A stretch of DNA of 64,000 nt from Macrostomum lignano (Eukaryota), in assembly GCA_002269645.1 (NCBI GenBank), contig NIVC01000255.1:620001-684000 (forward strand), read 5' to 3'. A program made the translations under genes and the position numbers. The notes beneath the pieces were generated by a model. That model did not search any database. It saw nothing but the letters and a program-made list of their open reading frames with translations, and was not told the DNA's origin. Shown here piece by piece: positions 16,372-28,069 of this stretch (position 1 is the stretch's first letter; the number at the start of each line of letters is the position of its first letter).

Positions 16372-16954
16372 AGAGTTACTAGGGGTTTCCCCCTCCACGA
16401 AAACCTCTGCAGCCAGGTGGAAAAACTCCCGCCCGCCTACCGCCGCCTGCTTGTCGGCTCATACCAGTCCCGCGTTGACGTCCTTAAACACTTTTAAATA
16501 CCTTTACTGACACCGCTATATTATTATACTACTTTAACTTTAATATTCTACTCCAAATAATTTTCCAATTATAAGTGCAACGAATTTTATCTCGCTCTCT
16601 CAGTAGCGGTCTCACAAAATTGATAAAATAAAAACACAAAAAATATAGACCGCCTTTCTTCGTTCTGTCCTTTTTCTCTTTTTATCAACGACGCTTGACA
16701 CAGAGGGCTACTAGTAGCATAGAGAGTAAAAACGTGGGCCCACGTGAAGCCACCCAGCTGTGGCGGCCACTAATTCGGTAGTGGCACTCAGTCGTTAACC
16801 CGGCCACACAAGCTGTGCCCGAAGAGCTGGTCGGAGATCGCAAATCGGCGATTCCGGTTAAAAGGTCGCACAAGCTGCGACGGTCGCCCTGTCGCAACAT
16901 TCATTCCTGGCTGGCAACTCATTATACATCACAGTTCGTGCACCGAACTCACGT

Positions 16955-17125
16955 AATAAGCCCACAAACGCACCTGTAGCACCCGCTATATCGTCACGAA
17001 ATAAGCCCACAAACGCACCTGTGGCACCCGCTATATCGTCTCGCAATAAGCCCACAAACGCACCTGTGGCACCCGCTATATCGTCTCGCAATAAGCCCAC
17101 AAACGCACCTGTGGCACCCGTCGTA
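16955..17125. repeat. 45-bp tandem repeat (about 3.7 copies); minus strand encodes GATGAFVGLLRDDIA units
   Basis: AATAAGCCCACAAACGCACCTGTGGCACCCGCTATATCGTCTCGC repeated. Confidence 0.9.
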
Positions 17126-17656
17126 CCGTTTCCTAGCAAGCCCACACCGTAGTCTGTGGCCCTGTCGTATAGCCTATTTTGCAATAGATGCTCGTATTCG
17201 TTTACAAAGAAGTCTACAGGCTCTACAGCCTACAATTTTGATCAATACGCTGATACGCACATATTCTGTTTGATTATCGTCTGATACTACTTAAGCAGTA
17301 GTCACTCGTGTACATACATGTTAGAATTCTCATTACACGTCATACCGATATTACAAAATGATGACCAAAGGGATAGTCTAGATAAACACGACCCAGATGC
17401 TATAATGCTTCTTTTGATAGCAGGATCCTGTATGCTCTTACGCTCTGGCCGACGAGCAGCATCACAATCCCCTACAGCTAAATCGCGCAAATTGCAACGA
17501 AACCCAGCGCCACCCGCTGATACAGACCAAGCACTTGACAGCACAACCTCGAGTACCCGACGACTTTCCGGCTCTACTCCCGACGTAACTACTTCACCAA
17601 CTGCTTGGCCCTCTGGTTATTCACCACCAGCCTATATGCTTGTACCGGAAATCAGC

Positions 17657-18560
17657 ATGGACGCCAACCAGCTGCAAGAGCTCATCCAAAACCTTACACA
17701 GCAACAACAGCTGCAGCAACAGCAACAACTACAACAGCTTGGTGCCGCGCAGCCAGCCCAAAGACCAACGTCTTCAGTATCATCATCGACGATCAACGAA
17801 ATCCGCGAAGCCCTGAAGGATATCGATCAACTGCACGGCTTCATGGAGTTTGACCTGGCCACCCGCACTTTCAACTTGGATGATGATACTAAGCTTCGAA
17901 TTTTCCCGCGATTCTTAAACGATTTGTTCAAAATCTAATTCTTCAATTTAATGCCCGCGCAACAAGGTACCTACACGGGCATGCTTGAGCACATGCGTGC
18001 CCGCATTCCAGAGCTGACAAACGGATCAACCTCACTTCTGCAAAAAATTGCAAATCGAAGACAGCAGCCCGGCGAATCGTTCACTCAATACTTCAGCGAC
18101 GTCTGCAAAAAAACTACGCACGGTCTATCCCGCCATCGCATCGGAACCAATTCCCGACGGCCTCAACGAACCACCCAACCAGGCTGTAATCCGCCAACGG
18201 GACAATGACTTCACAACGACACTGATTCCAAACATTCTAAACGGGACGTTACCCTACATTCGCCGAGAACTGATGCGCATCCCAATCCAAACGGAACAAG
18301 AATTACTGAGCCAGGCCATCTGAGCAGAACAAATTGGAGATAATACTAAAGCCACAGCCTCCACCGAAATGGCCGAGCTCACAAAGCGGCTAGCCGCCCT
18401 AGAATCCGGAAACCAGACTACAAAACCCACACTTGCCGCTGTCCAGACGCCTATGCCTCAACCACCTAGACAACCTTCCAGTCGCAAATGTTACAACTGC
18501 AACAAGGTCGGCCACATTGCCAAAGACTGCCGTCAAATGAGATTTGACCAGAACCCTTAA
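17657..18560 (+). pseudogene. gag: Ty3/gypsy-type gag relic with CCHC zinc knuckle; no pol follows
   Basis: MDANQLQELIQ..., RRQQPGESFTQY (QxPGES capsid motif), CYNCNKVGHIAKDC. Broken by stops and a frameshift. Confidence 0.75.
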
Positions 18561-18879
18561 CGGCAGCACTCACAATCACCTTCGACTCGTGGGATTGAGA
18601 AAAAGTACTGCAAATTCCACCGCACAACATCTCACGATACCAGAGAATGCTGCGCAATCAAATATCAACACAACAAAATCAATATCAACAAAAATTCCTA
18701 TGGACCAAACAGATCGAACGGAAGCCACTCACGATTGCCGTCACCGCGAGCTCCAGCCGCCTCGCTGAACGCCCTACAGGTCGTGACGACAAGCGCACCC
18801 CCCAGTACTGAACTTAATACTTAAGTACTGAAGTATTAGGTGGTTAAAATAGAAATAAGCTATAAGCTAATAGAAATAT

Positions 18880-21800
18880 AAGCCCAGTGGGCTGCATTAT
18901 TAGGTCGGAAACGTCCAACTCCTGATAGTGCCAATAAGGAGCCACTTGGAAAAAAGGTCTAAAACTACACGACCAACAGTCAAGGACACCCACTTCTGCC
19001 TGGACTGTCTAAAAAAAGCCAGCCTGAGAGCCATAGCCAAATTTATCGAAATGATGCTCCTCATTGTAAGCGGCATTGTGCACGACATCATAAGGAAGTA
19101 CAAAGTGATTCTGCCCAGACTGCCCTGACTTTTGCTCGTGCAGATGCACCCCAAGTCCGTGTTCTGCTAGCTGTGTGGCATAAGCCTCAACCTGAAGTTG
19201 CATTGGAGCAGCAGCAGGCTGATAATGAGCGGCCATGGAGTGATGTCGAGCTTTCTTCTTCAGCAGCAGCATTAGAGGCCTCAGCAGAGCTACAACTACT
19301 TGAAGCAGAGCATGAACAGTTGGCTATAACATCAGAGGCAGAGCAAGAGCTGGTGGTGCCCCAGGTTCTGGAGTCAACAGTTCTGAGAGTTAATGTGAAT
19401 CAGGACACATCTCGAAGTCGGCTTCACAAGAGCATGTTAAAGCTGACACCCATCATTGAGCAGGCTCCAAATTTAGAAGATTGCATTGAGCAGCCAAGTG
19501 CATCAACTCCTATGTTGGCAACTGTCAATCGCAAAGTTGACATGCTAATCACCATCATGCAAAACATGGCCCTGAGTGGTGGGATTGGAGGCACTGGCTC
19601 AGCAGCACATAGTAATAACCAACCTACTGATGCAACTGGTGGGTTTAAAACTATGTCTGACCTACTAAAACACAAGTACTTGGCTGCTAGACGATGTGGG
19701 GACGACACAATACTATTGTGTCCCCTGTTTCCGCTTCATCCGAATTAAGGAGAAGGAGGACTTCATCTTCTCTGGACAGTTGCCTGCGTTGGAAATTAAA
19801 GCTAAGCTGTAAGTTAAGCTATGTCTATTAAATGGGATCCCCAATTGCAATCCCAAAATTCCCAGATGCCAGTTAATTAAAAAATTATATATTTTTCTTC
19901 GTTTACTTCCTACAGCAATGTGTCACCTAAATCTACCGGTTCAATTGGCACTGGCCTGCTGATCACAAAGGACCGAATGACAAAGGCGTTTGCTGGTGAA
20001 GCTGAGTATTCTAGACTACACTATGAAGTCAGCTGCCACATGTCTGGCGTTACCGGCAAGTCGCACGCAGAAGCCATCCAGAAGTTCGAAGCTAATGTAG
20101 TGACCGAAAACCACAATGCAAAGGTGGTGCGGACTTTGATGCGCACTTCGGCCACTGACATCGAGCTAGCTGCAGCAGGGCGCCACTTCGAGACTCTCGT
20201 TTGCCTACTGTCTGCATCTGATGCTGAAGTGGGCAACAGAGGACATGGACGGTATGTATATAATGATGTACATGTTGTACTTGTACTTTACCAACCCCAA
20301 CCAAATTTGTTAGCTTGGGAGAGCACTGCTTGGGCGCCCCGTAGGTAGTAGAGGTCCCCCGGCCACTGCCTTCAGTGTCCTACTTTTGCTGGTATTAAAA
20401 ATTCCTTTACATCACAATACTTTCTGCAGAGACTTCTGCTTGGAAATCTGGCAGTTGCTTGAGGTCTGCCTTGACCGAATGACGGCCGATTTTCTAAAGG
20501 TACCTCTGCAGTCAACTGGACGTCCACCATGTCTCGCCCTTACCTGCGATAAAAGCACGCCAGGCCGTGTTACTAATCAGGCTGTAATGCTACTGGCTAG
20601 GCAAGTTTATTTGTTTTCTAATAAAAAATTGTTATTTATTTTTTTAAGTTCTCATTCGACAATAATCATTCTTTCATATCTGAAAATACAATGAAACGTA
20701 ATCTCATCTTTTATCTGCAGAGGTGACTCGGGACATTCGATGGCCATTCCTGGTGGTGCCCCGGCAGTGTACGACTCCGACATGGACGGTAGTGGAGCTG
20801 TTCTTGTGCAGCGGCTCTTTGATGGTCTGGCTCGCTTTAAGCTACCTATCGGCCAATTGGTTGGTGTCGTTGCCGACGGGCAATATCAGACGGGCCCATT
20901 CCGGCATGCGATGAATGAAAAATTGTCCAGTGGGCGTGGCGGTGCTGCAGTTCTGGATGTGCCCATCAGCTGGGATGCTGCCCACTTCCTAAATCTGGCT
21001 GTCACAGATGATTGTGATAGCGATGACGGGCACTATCTGCGGCAGTTTATCAAGAGAGCCAACAACTTTGCTCATTTGTTTGGTCGTGGTCGTGGTTACG
21101 CTACGTTGCAGGTATTTATAATTACTGAATAATCAAGATTCTTTCTTTCTTTTCTTTGCTTTCTTTTCTTAGCAAAAAGATGTTTTCTTATAATACAAAA
21201 CATAACTCAGTTTACAACTAATTATGATACCCAGGCAGTCTCGAAAAAGGGAGCCCGCGCTATCTCCCACTTTGCAACTCAACGCTTTGTGAGCTCTGCG
21301 ATGTCCCAGTGGGAGACTATTCTAGCGTCATTAAACAAGCTGCACGCTGCTTTTTGGAAAGAGAACCTGAACTGCGCTTTTGACAAGACACTGCAGTATG
21401 AAATGTTTGGATACGATTTTGTCTTCGACTTGCTATGTCTACTAGACTTGCTAGGTCCAATTAAGTAAGTTCACTGCTGTGCAAACTATTTTTAGTTTTT
21501 AGTAACTGCATCAAATGCTCTGGACTCTGACTTTCTTTGTGGATATTTAAGCTCTTTTCGCCATTTCTTATGCAGTTACAAACCCTTTTGACACAGGGCT
21601 CTGATGGAAATGGCGCAGAACCTCCAGCTTCCTCACTGGAAGGTCCAGGTGCACTGGAATACTGTTGCTAGTTTTCTCGAGCGGCAGGCCGAGCAATTCC
21701 ATGTCTCGGACTACCCGAGAGGATCAACCTGCTGCGAACGCTTCTACTGTTAATTCTTGCGGCAGACGAATTCGGTCGTTTCAGTGGACTGCTCGAGACC

Positions 21801-23050
21801 CTTCGGTAGCTACAATTAAAAAATGTGCTAATGCAAATTTGACACGAAGATCCTGATCCTCCCAAACTAGCTAGAATCATCATTTTTTCGCTTAGGACAT
21901 GCATGAGAACATATCTCAACTAGCTCACGCTCTGCACAGTGCTCTAGCTTACCGCATGGAAAAAGCCACTGACGCAGATCTTCTGGACTGCATCTGCCTC
22001 GACGCTGAACGTGCCATTCGCTGTATAGCCTCAGCGGATTCCGAGGCCAAGATGGAAGAGACGAGTCAGGCGCCTGCCTGTCGGCAGCTCGTCAGGGCAG
22101 CGGCAAAGTTTCCGCATCTTGCTGACCTTGACCCACGTGTCAGCCGGAATTATGTTGCTTCCTACATGGACACAATCCAGCATGTAATTTTGTCTGGCGA
22201 AGGTCGAGACGGCTGGTTGAACCCCGTCATTGAAGGGCCTATTGACGAAATTTCTCTGGCTCCACCACGCGGTCCCGCCGACATATCTCTTCGGCTAACC
22301 TGTGCAACTGCCACTGGTCAGGTGGAGTGTACCATGGACAAAGCTGCATTCTACCGCGCATTTTACTCGACTTCGAGCATCTTTTAGCAGGCTGGACAGC
22401 AAACCTGCGATCTGTTGGATTTTGCGCTCAACCGCGATGGGACTGGTAATCCAATTTACCTTGTATATTAAACTGTTCAGGGTAACAAATTATTTACAAA
22501 GTATAAGCCAATTATAGCTAGGTCTAACACATTGTACCAGTAACTTTAATGAGTATGTGCATTATATTTATGCATGCATGCAGTTTTAGCTCAAAGGTTA
22601 CACCCAGTAACATTGTACTTGTATCTGGTACAGTATCTAGTTCAGTACAGCATCTTGTATGTACATTTGAAGTAGGCATTCATATCCAAGTACTTTTGCA
22701 TCCCCAAATTTATAGAGGCCATTGTAGAGTCATTCTATGCAACCATGCGGTCGCAGCAGCAGCAGGGGCCTCAGTCATTTAGCACGTTGCAGCTTTGGGC
22801 CAAGCTGCAATGGATGCTGCCCCCAGTTGGCAGCAATGCTCTCGAGTGGTTCCTCGATATTGCAGTAAAGCTTTATTATAAGGGGGACACTACACGCGGA
22901 ATTCGGCTCCACTTCCAGCCATTCTTCGAGGATGCTTCAAGGACAAAAAGTATTCAACTAGCAAGGTTGTCAACAAGCGACTGGACCAGCTGTCAAGCTG
23001 CTGCTTCATTGGCGGCAACTGAAGGACCTGGCCAATCATGTGCATGACTA
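18880..23050 (+). pseudogene. Multi-exon hAT-superfamily transposase pseudogene (ZNF862/KIAA1586-like); termini not identified
   Basis: Exon fragments: YYCVPCF...EVSCHMSG..GKSH (TTF-like Zn finger), EVGNRGHG, LTCDKST...TNQAV, VADGQY...SWDAAHFLNLAVTD, ATQRFVSS, DFVFDLLCLLDLLGPI, STSKVV. Several GT-AG boundaries, plus stops and frameshifts. Confidence 0.7.
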
Positions 23051-23986
23051 CTTTAACTTGATTCCATTGTTTTCATATGCCTGTGCGGCTTTGTTGAGCA
23101 AAGCCAGCGTACATAGGAACATAGTGAATAAAATAGGTTCTGTATAAAAATTCACTTAAATTAGCTTGACAAAGGCGGTAGCACATTAGCCTGGGGTTGG
23201 CGCACAGTTGGTAGGCTGACATACACTTTGTTGGTAGGCTGGCGTACACTTCGAAATTCCCAGAAAATGCTTCTAGCATACAAGAAGAACCATCCGCAAT
23301 ATGGTGTTGCTGTTGCAATTGCAATGTAATGTACATAAACATTGGTATTTTTAGGAATTTGCACAATAATTTAAAAATGGAATTTATGTTAGAAATACAT
23401 TCACTTTAACAAAATATATTCCCATCTATTGTTCTATAGAATAATATAGTAATAAAATATAATATAATATAATATAATAATTATAGTATATAGTGTACTA
23501 TTGGTATCTTGGAGTTGGAAACTATTCAACTTTTCATTGAATAGTTTTGAAATAGGAAATTTGTACTTGTAAGTGGCATACAGTTAGGGAAGGCAAAAAA
23601 TTTGGCGTACATTGGCGTACAAACTGTGGATCTATCAAGTTTTAGTTTGGCATACACCCTGCCATGATCTGGACTATGGATTAAGAAAGCTTGCATACAT
23701 TTAAAATTCTGTTTATTTGTTGGCGTACAACTAAAAATTCAATGAAAATGTGTCCGGCATACATAGAAAACCTTCCGCAATATGGCCTTTTCCGAATTTA
23801 ATTCCAGCGTGTACATATGCCATTTCCACTTTCCTAACTATGGCTTGTTAGTAATAAGTAACAATATATTTGCGCACACATTAAGAAATAACTTTATATA
23901 AGTTAAGACTATTTAAAATTGATGGTATTAGCATTGGGATTACAATTAAGTTCTATAAATTTAGCCTTTCTTGAATATGCTACTAG

Positions 23987-24430
23987 TGTAGCAGGTGAGT
24001 TGCCACGTATAAACTTGAACTTGACATTTGGAATATTTTTGCATGAGCATGGTGCATGCTGTGTTTCCCAAATTTTGGAATCACATCACTCCCATTGCGG
24101 GATTTGATTATACCCATTTCATGTGTTTAACTTGCTACTTGAGTTTTCTGGTTGTCTCTATTGTTAGTTTTCTAGTTGTTTTAGTTTGTTTCATTTAGTT
24201 GCCTTCTCCGTCTTATCTGAGTAGTGTCGAGTCATATTTATCTTTAATATTCAGCCTGCTTAATAAACTTTAATAAACTTCATTAACTAATATTTATTCA
24301 CTACTCCAAAGCCATAGTATTTCTTGAGTCATTTGCTCGTAGGGCGTATAATAACCAAAGATCTTATCTCAAAGAAAGCTCTGAGACTCATTTGTTCCGT
24401 AATACATAAATTACAGTGGTGGCAACAACT
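23987..24430 (+). mobile_element. Possible LTR fragment ending TTACA followed by a PBS-like TGGTGGCA
   Basis: TGT start, AATAAA signals, ...TTACA-G-TGGTGGCAAC. No partner LTR or pol in the window. Confidence 0.25.
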
Positions 24431-25854
24431 ACCCTACTAAAAGTAACTAGCTCAACAAATTGACGCATTAATTTATGGAGCCAGAAATCTCCAATGTTTC
24501 ATTGCTTTGAACGACTGCGCTGCTAATGACCACTCTGCTATGATTATGAGAACCTGGCTGTCAGAGTAAAACAAGAGAAGAAATTTTGTTGTGATTCATC
24601 TGCGCGATTTCCAGCTTCATTTGAGCGAACCTATCGTTGGCAGTAATTCAAACAAGGAATCTGCCCTACCTCACTGGTGTCAGCGAATTTCAAAAAAAAC
24701 CAACCAATTTCCAAGAAAACTTTTCTATCCCCACCTCACTAGTGGTAGGATTTAATACCCAAAATAGAAAAATTGCCAAGTTTGATATAATATAATTAGG
24801 CCTATAACTTAGTCTTGTTTACAACTGCCCTGGTCACAGCAATAGAATTATTGTAGAATTTTTCATTAGCAACTTTGAGAACTTTTAGGCCCCTACATTT
24901 GTATTCTAGTGAATGAGTCAAAATGATATATTATTTTATTAAATAAAATAAAAAGTTAGGTCTACTATAAAACTTTCAAAAACTCACTAATAAAGTCTTG
25001 AAGTCTGGACTATATTTTTGATGGAATATTTATTATGATGTAAGATTTATAATATCTACTTAACATTGATACCATGATGGTATTAATGTTTATTGAAATA
25101 AAATTATAAATACATAAAAACAAGTAAATTAATGAGGTGTAAACTTACCCTTTTTAGCCTTTTATTTTCATTGAAATGAACAAGTTTAATAAAAACTTTT
25201 GATTTGTTCTTTTGTACTAAAAGCAATAAAACAAATTAGAACTCTTTCAAAGCCTCTAGATAGCTTGAAAAGTAAGATCTAGTAATCTATCTAGTTTAGA
25301 TAGGCTTATTTTGGGTTAGGGGTTAGGCCCTTAGGGTATCTAGGCGATAGGCCGGTGCGTGGTCATTTCGTCTGCCGTCAGACGAAACGACTTTTTAAGA
25401 AAAAAGTTAAGGTAGAGCTTTATAGCTAGTAAAGCTAGTTTTTTTTATTTTAATACTGCAAGTCGTGCAAAAAAAGATAAAGTAGGATGTCAGTTTTCTA
25501 AGCGTAATTTTGTTTATCGCAATATTTTAAAGATTTATCAATTTTAAGCATCCGTTAAAAAAGAACTTAAATTATGCAGGATGGAAGCTGCAATTACGAA
25601 TATTGAAGGCAGAGGCAGAGTTCATTGTTGAATAAAATTGGCTGGCTGTTATGAGCATTGTTATGACCCCATCCAATGATGATGCATTTTCATTATGAAC
25701 AATTATTCAGCTTACAAAATTTATATAACAAACAAAAATTTAGTATACGTGTATGTATATACGGTGTATACTACGGGTCCCTTTGGGAAAATATTTTTTA
25801 TATGCTTCTAACGTAATGAGTTTGTTATCTTCCCTATAAGAACTTTTAAGATAT

Positions 25855-26478
25855 TGTGACAGTGTGATTCGTAGAAACGCGTGTATCGTATTTCTTTATT
25901 TTCATATGCATACCGTGCTACTACTGTATTCTTTCATTTATTTTAACAATATTCGTACGTATTATTATCGCGCTATTTTTACTGTTAATTGCTTTGTTTT
26001 TGTAGCCTCGTATGCATTTATTCTATTATTTGTATTTCATTCATATCGTTATTATTTATCGTAAAGTAGTTCTACCAATGTACATGTACTGACGTATGTT
26101 ATTCTTGCATGATATATTTATCGATTGATTTGTACATGTACATTGCGCGCCGCGTGGGGGGTTTGTCTGGGTTTTGGATTAGGGTCGCTGTTGTTTGTTA
26201 TCTGTTTACCTTACCAATTAAATATACGCTTGCAGCCAGCCGCCGCTCTCCCCCTTCTCTCCTGAGTTTTCGCTCCGCTTCTCGCGGGCCCCTTAGCCGT
26301 CGCATTCAATTGCTTTAGTCGCACTAAAATTAAGCAGCTACCAATCAAAACCTAACCTTCAATTCAACATACCAAATCTGAATCTGCAATTTACGCTAAG
26401 GGAAGTCGGCTACTGGCTCTAGATTATCAAATTTAACCGCTACACAAACTGCACGTCTTCCTGCCTTTATTCGTCACA
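25855..26478 (+). repeat. 5' LTR (624 bp)
   Basis: TG...CA ends with 6-bp inverted termini; partial copy at 34374-34520. Confidence 0.88.
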
Positions 26479-26484
26479 TAAATT

Positions 26485-26501
26485 TGGAAGTCCCACCGAG
26501 A
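26485..26501 (+). promoter_or_regulatory. Primer-binding site complementary to tRNA-Gln
   Basis: TGGAAGTCCCACCGAGA versus TGGAGGTCCCACCGAGA, the reverse complement of the metazoan tRNA-Gln 3' end (one mismatch). Confidence 0.75.
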
Positions 26502-26571
26502 CTCAACTCGACCCGCACGGCTCCTCGGAGGTCTTAGATCACCCATCTGCCTATTTTCGTTGTTATTTGTG

Positions 26572-26820
26572 GCCATCTGCAACGTTCTGCGACGATCTGC
26601 GACGATCTGCAGCGATCTGCGACGATCTGCGGCGATCTGCGACGATCTGCGGCGATCTGTGGCGATCTGCGACGTTCTGCGGCGATCTGCGGCGATCTGC
26701 AACGATCTACGGCGATCTGCAGCAATCTGCGGCGATCTGAGACCATCTGCGGCGATCTGCAGCGACCTGCGACGATTTCTGGCGATCCGCGGTGAGCTGA
26801 GGCGATCTGCTATCTGCAAG
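26572..26820. repeat. 10-bp CpG-rich tandem array (GCGGCGATCT/GCGACGATCT, about 25 copies) in the gypsy leader
   Basis: Directly visible between the PBS and gag. Confidence 0.9.
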
Positions 26821-27147
26821 TGGCCCAAAGACGATCTACATCGGCCGGAGCGATCTGCACATCGGCCGAGACGCAGTCTGCATCCGCCAGAGGCCATCTA
26901 CGACTGTCCGAGCGACGATACCAGCTAAGCCCGCAATCACGTTTCGTAAACCGGTATGAATCCCTCTGTGTGTGTCTTTTAGGGCTCTTGTCTGGCAGGT
27001 TAGCATTTGGTTTGCGTGATTTTAGTTTAGATTCTTTAGGCTGGGCATTAGGTCCTGCCAGACACTGTGTGCTTTTGCTTTTGTTCTTCTCTCGTTTTCC
27101 GCTTTCTCTCTCTTTCTTGCTGCCTTCTCTTCGTTGCCGAGCCGATC

Positions 27148-27618
27148 ATGAGTGACCGCGAGGACAGGGGTGCCACTGCTGGCTCTCCAAATCCAGCCGC
27201 TTCTGCTCAGGAAAGAAAGTTTGTGTCAAGTAACACTACAGACTCAGAGTCACTTCTTGCTAGTACCATTGCCGCACTGCACCGGTTGTTAGAAAATCAA
27301 TTCTCAAGAGAGTCCCGTTCTCAATCGTTCTACCAGAGTCAACAGAAGGAAACAGCTACAGGCATTAAGCTTCGGCCGCCACCGTTGTTCACTTGCACCA
27401 CGAAGTTTGATGCCTGGGAAGCTCAGTTCAATGCCTACATTGAAGCTCATAGGGTTCCTCACTTTCAACAGACTTCAGTCCTGCTGTCCCTTCTGGCACC
27501 AGAATGCCAGGAGTACTTTCTAAATAACAATCTCACGGACCAGACCTGTGAAGAGGCACTGAAGTCTATGAGAGCGCGTTACACTGACTCTAACGTTAGG
27601 GAGAAACTAGCAATCTAG
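27148..27618 (+). pseudogene. gag: Gypsy gag N-terminal part, interrupted at 27620
   Basis: KLRPPPLFTCTTKFDAWEAQFNAYIEAH...LLSLLAPECQ...RARY is capsid-like. It ends at the 420-bp insertion. Confidence 0.75.
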
Positions 27619-27620
27619 CG

Positions 27621-28040
27621 CCCCCCTTCGGGGTGGCCAATAAGCAAGGGACGAATCCTTTAAAATGAAAAAAAAATTCTTAGGGAGGGGGGCTAGGAAT
27701 CGAATTCTCATTTTAATTCCAGGCTTATGTACCAATAAAACATGTTTGTGCAGAATTTTATAACAGACATTGAAATTCAACCATACTTGCCTTCTTTCAG
27801 AGCTACTTCTACCAGTATGCTTCAGTACGCTACCAGTACCCTTGTAAGCCTTGACATGTCAGCAATCCCCCCCCACAAGCCTTAACATATCAACTCCCCC
27901 CTTGACATCTCAGCGATGCTCCCATAAGCCTTGAAATCTTAAAAAATCTGTCTACTTTCTAACCCTAACCCTAACCCTAAAGCATTGAAATTTCAGTAAT
28001 TCTCTCTAAGAGTCTATAGCACTACTACAGCATTATAGCG
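27621..28040. mobile_element. 420-bp insertion in gag carrying about 30-bp minisatellite units and (TAACCC)3
   Basis: Bounded by a TAGCG direct repeat (27616-27620 and 28036-28040). The units AGCCTTGACATCTCAGC also occur at 39085-39275. Confidence 0.55.
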
Positions 28041-28069
28041 ATTCCCTGCAAGCCTCGACATCGTAGGGC

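Noticed and set aside
18805-18840. Palindromic CAGTACTG...AAGTACTG as a hAT left terminus
   Set aside because: No matching inverted copy or 8-bp TSD found downstream of the transposase.
23578-23845. Possible small MITE with GGCGTACA motifs and CAGTTAGG / CCTAACT ends
   Set aside because: The inverted match is too short and imperfect, and no TSD is evident.
27958-27981. (TAACCC)3 and TTAGGG-like tracts (also 25311-25346) as telomere or healing sites
   Set aside because: Only three or so interstitial units embedded in small insertions.
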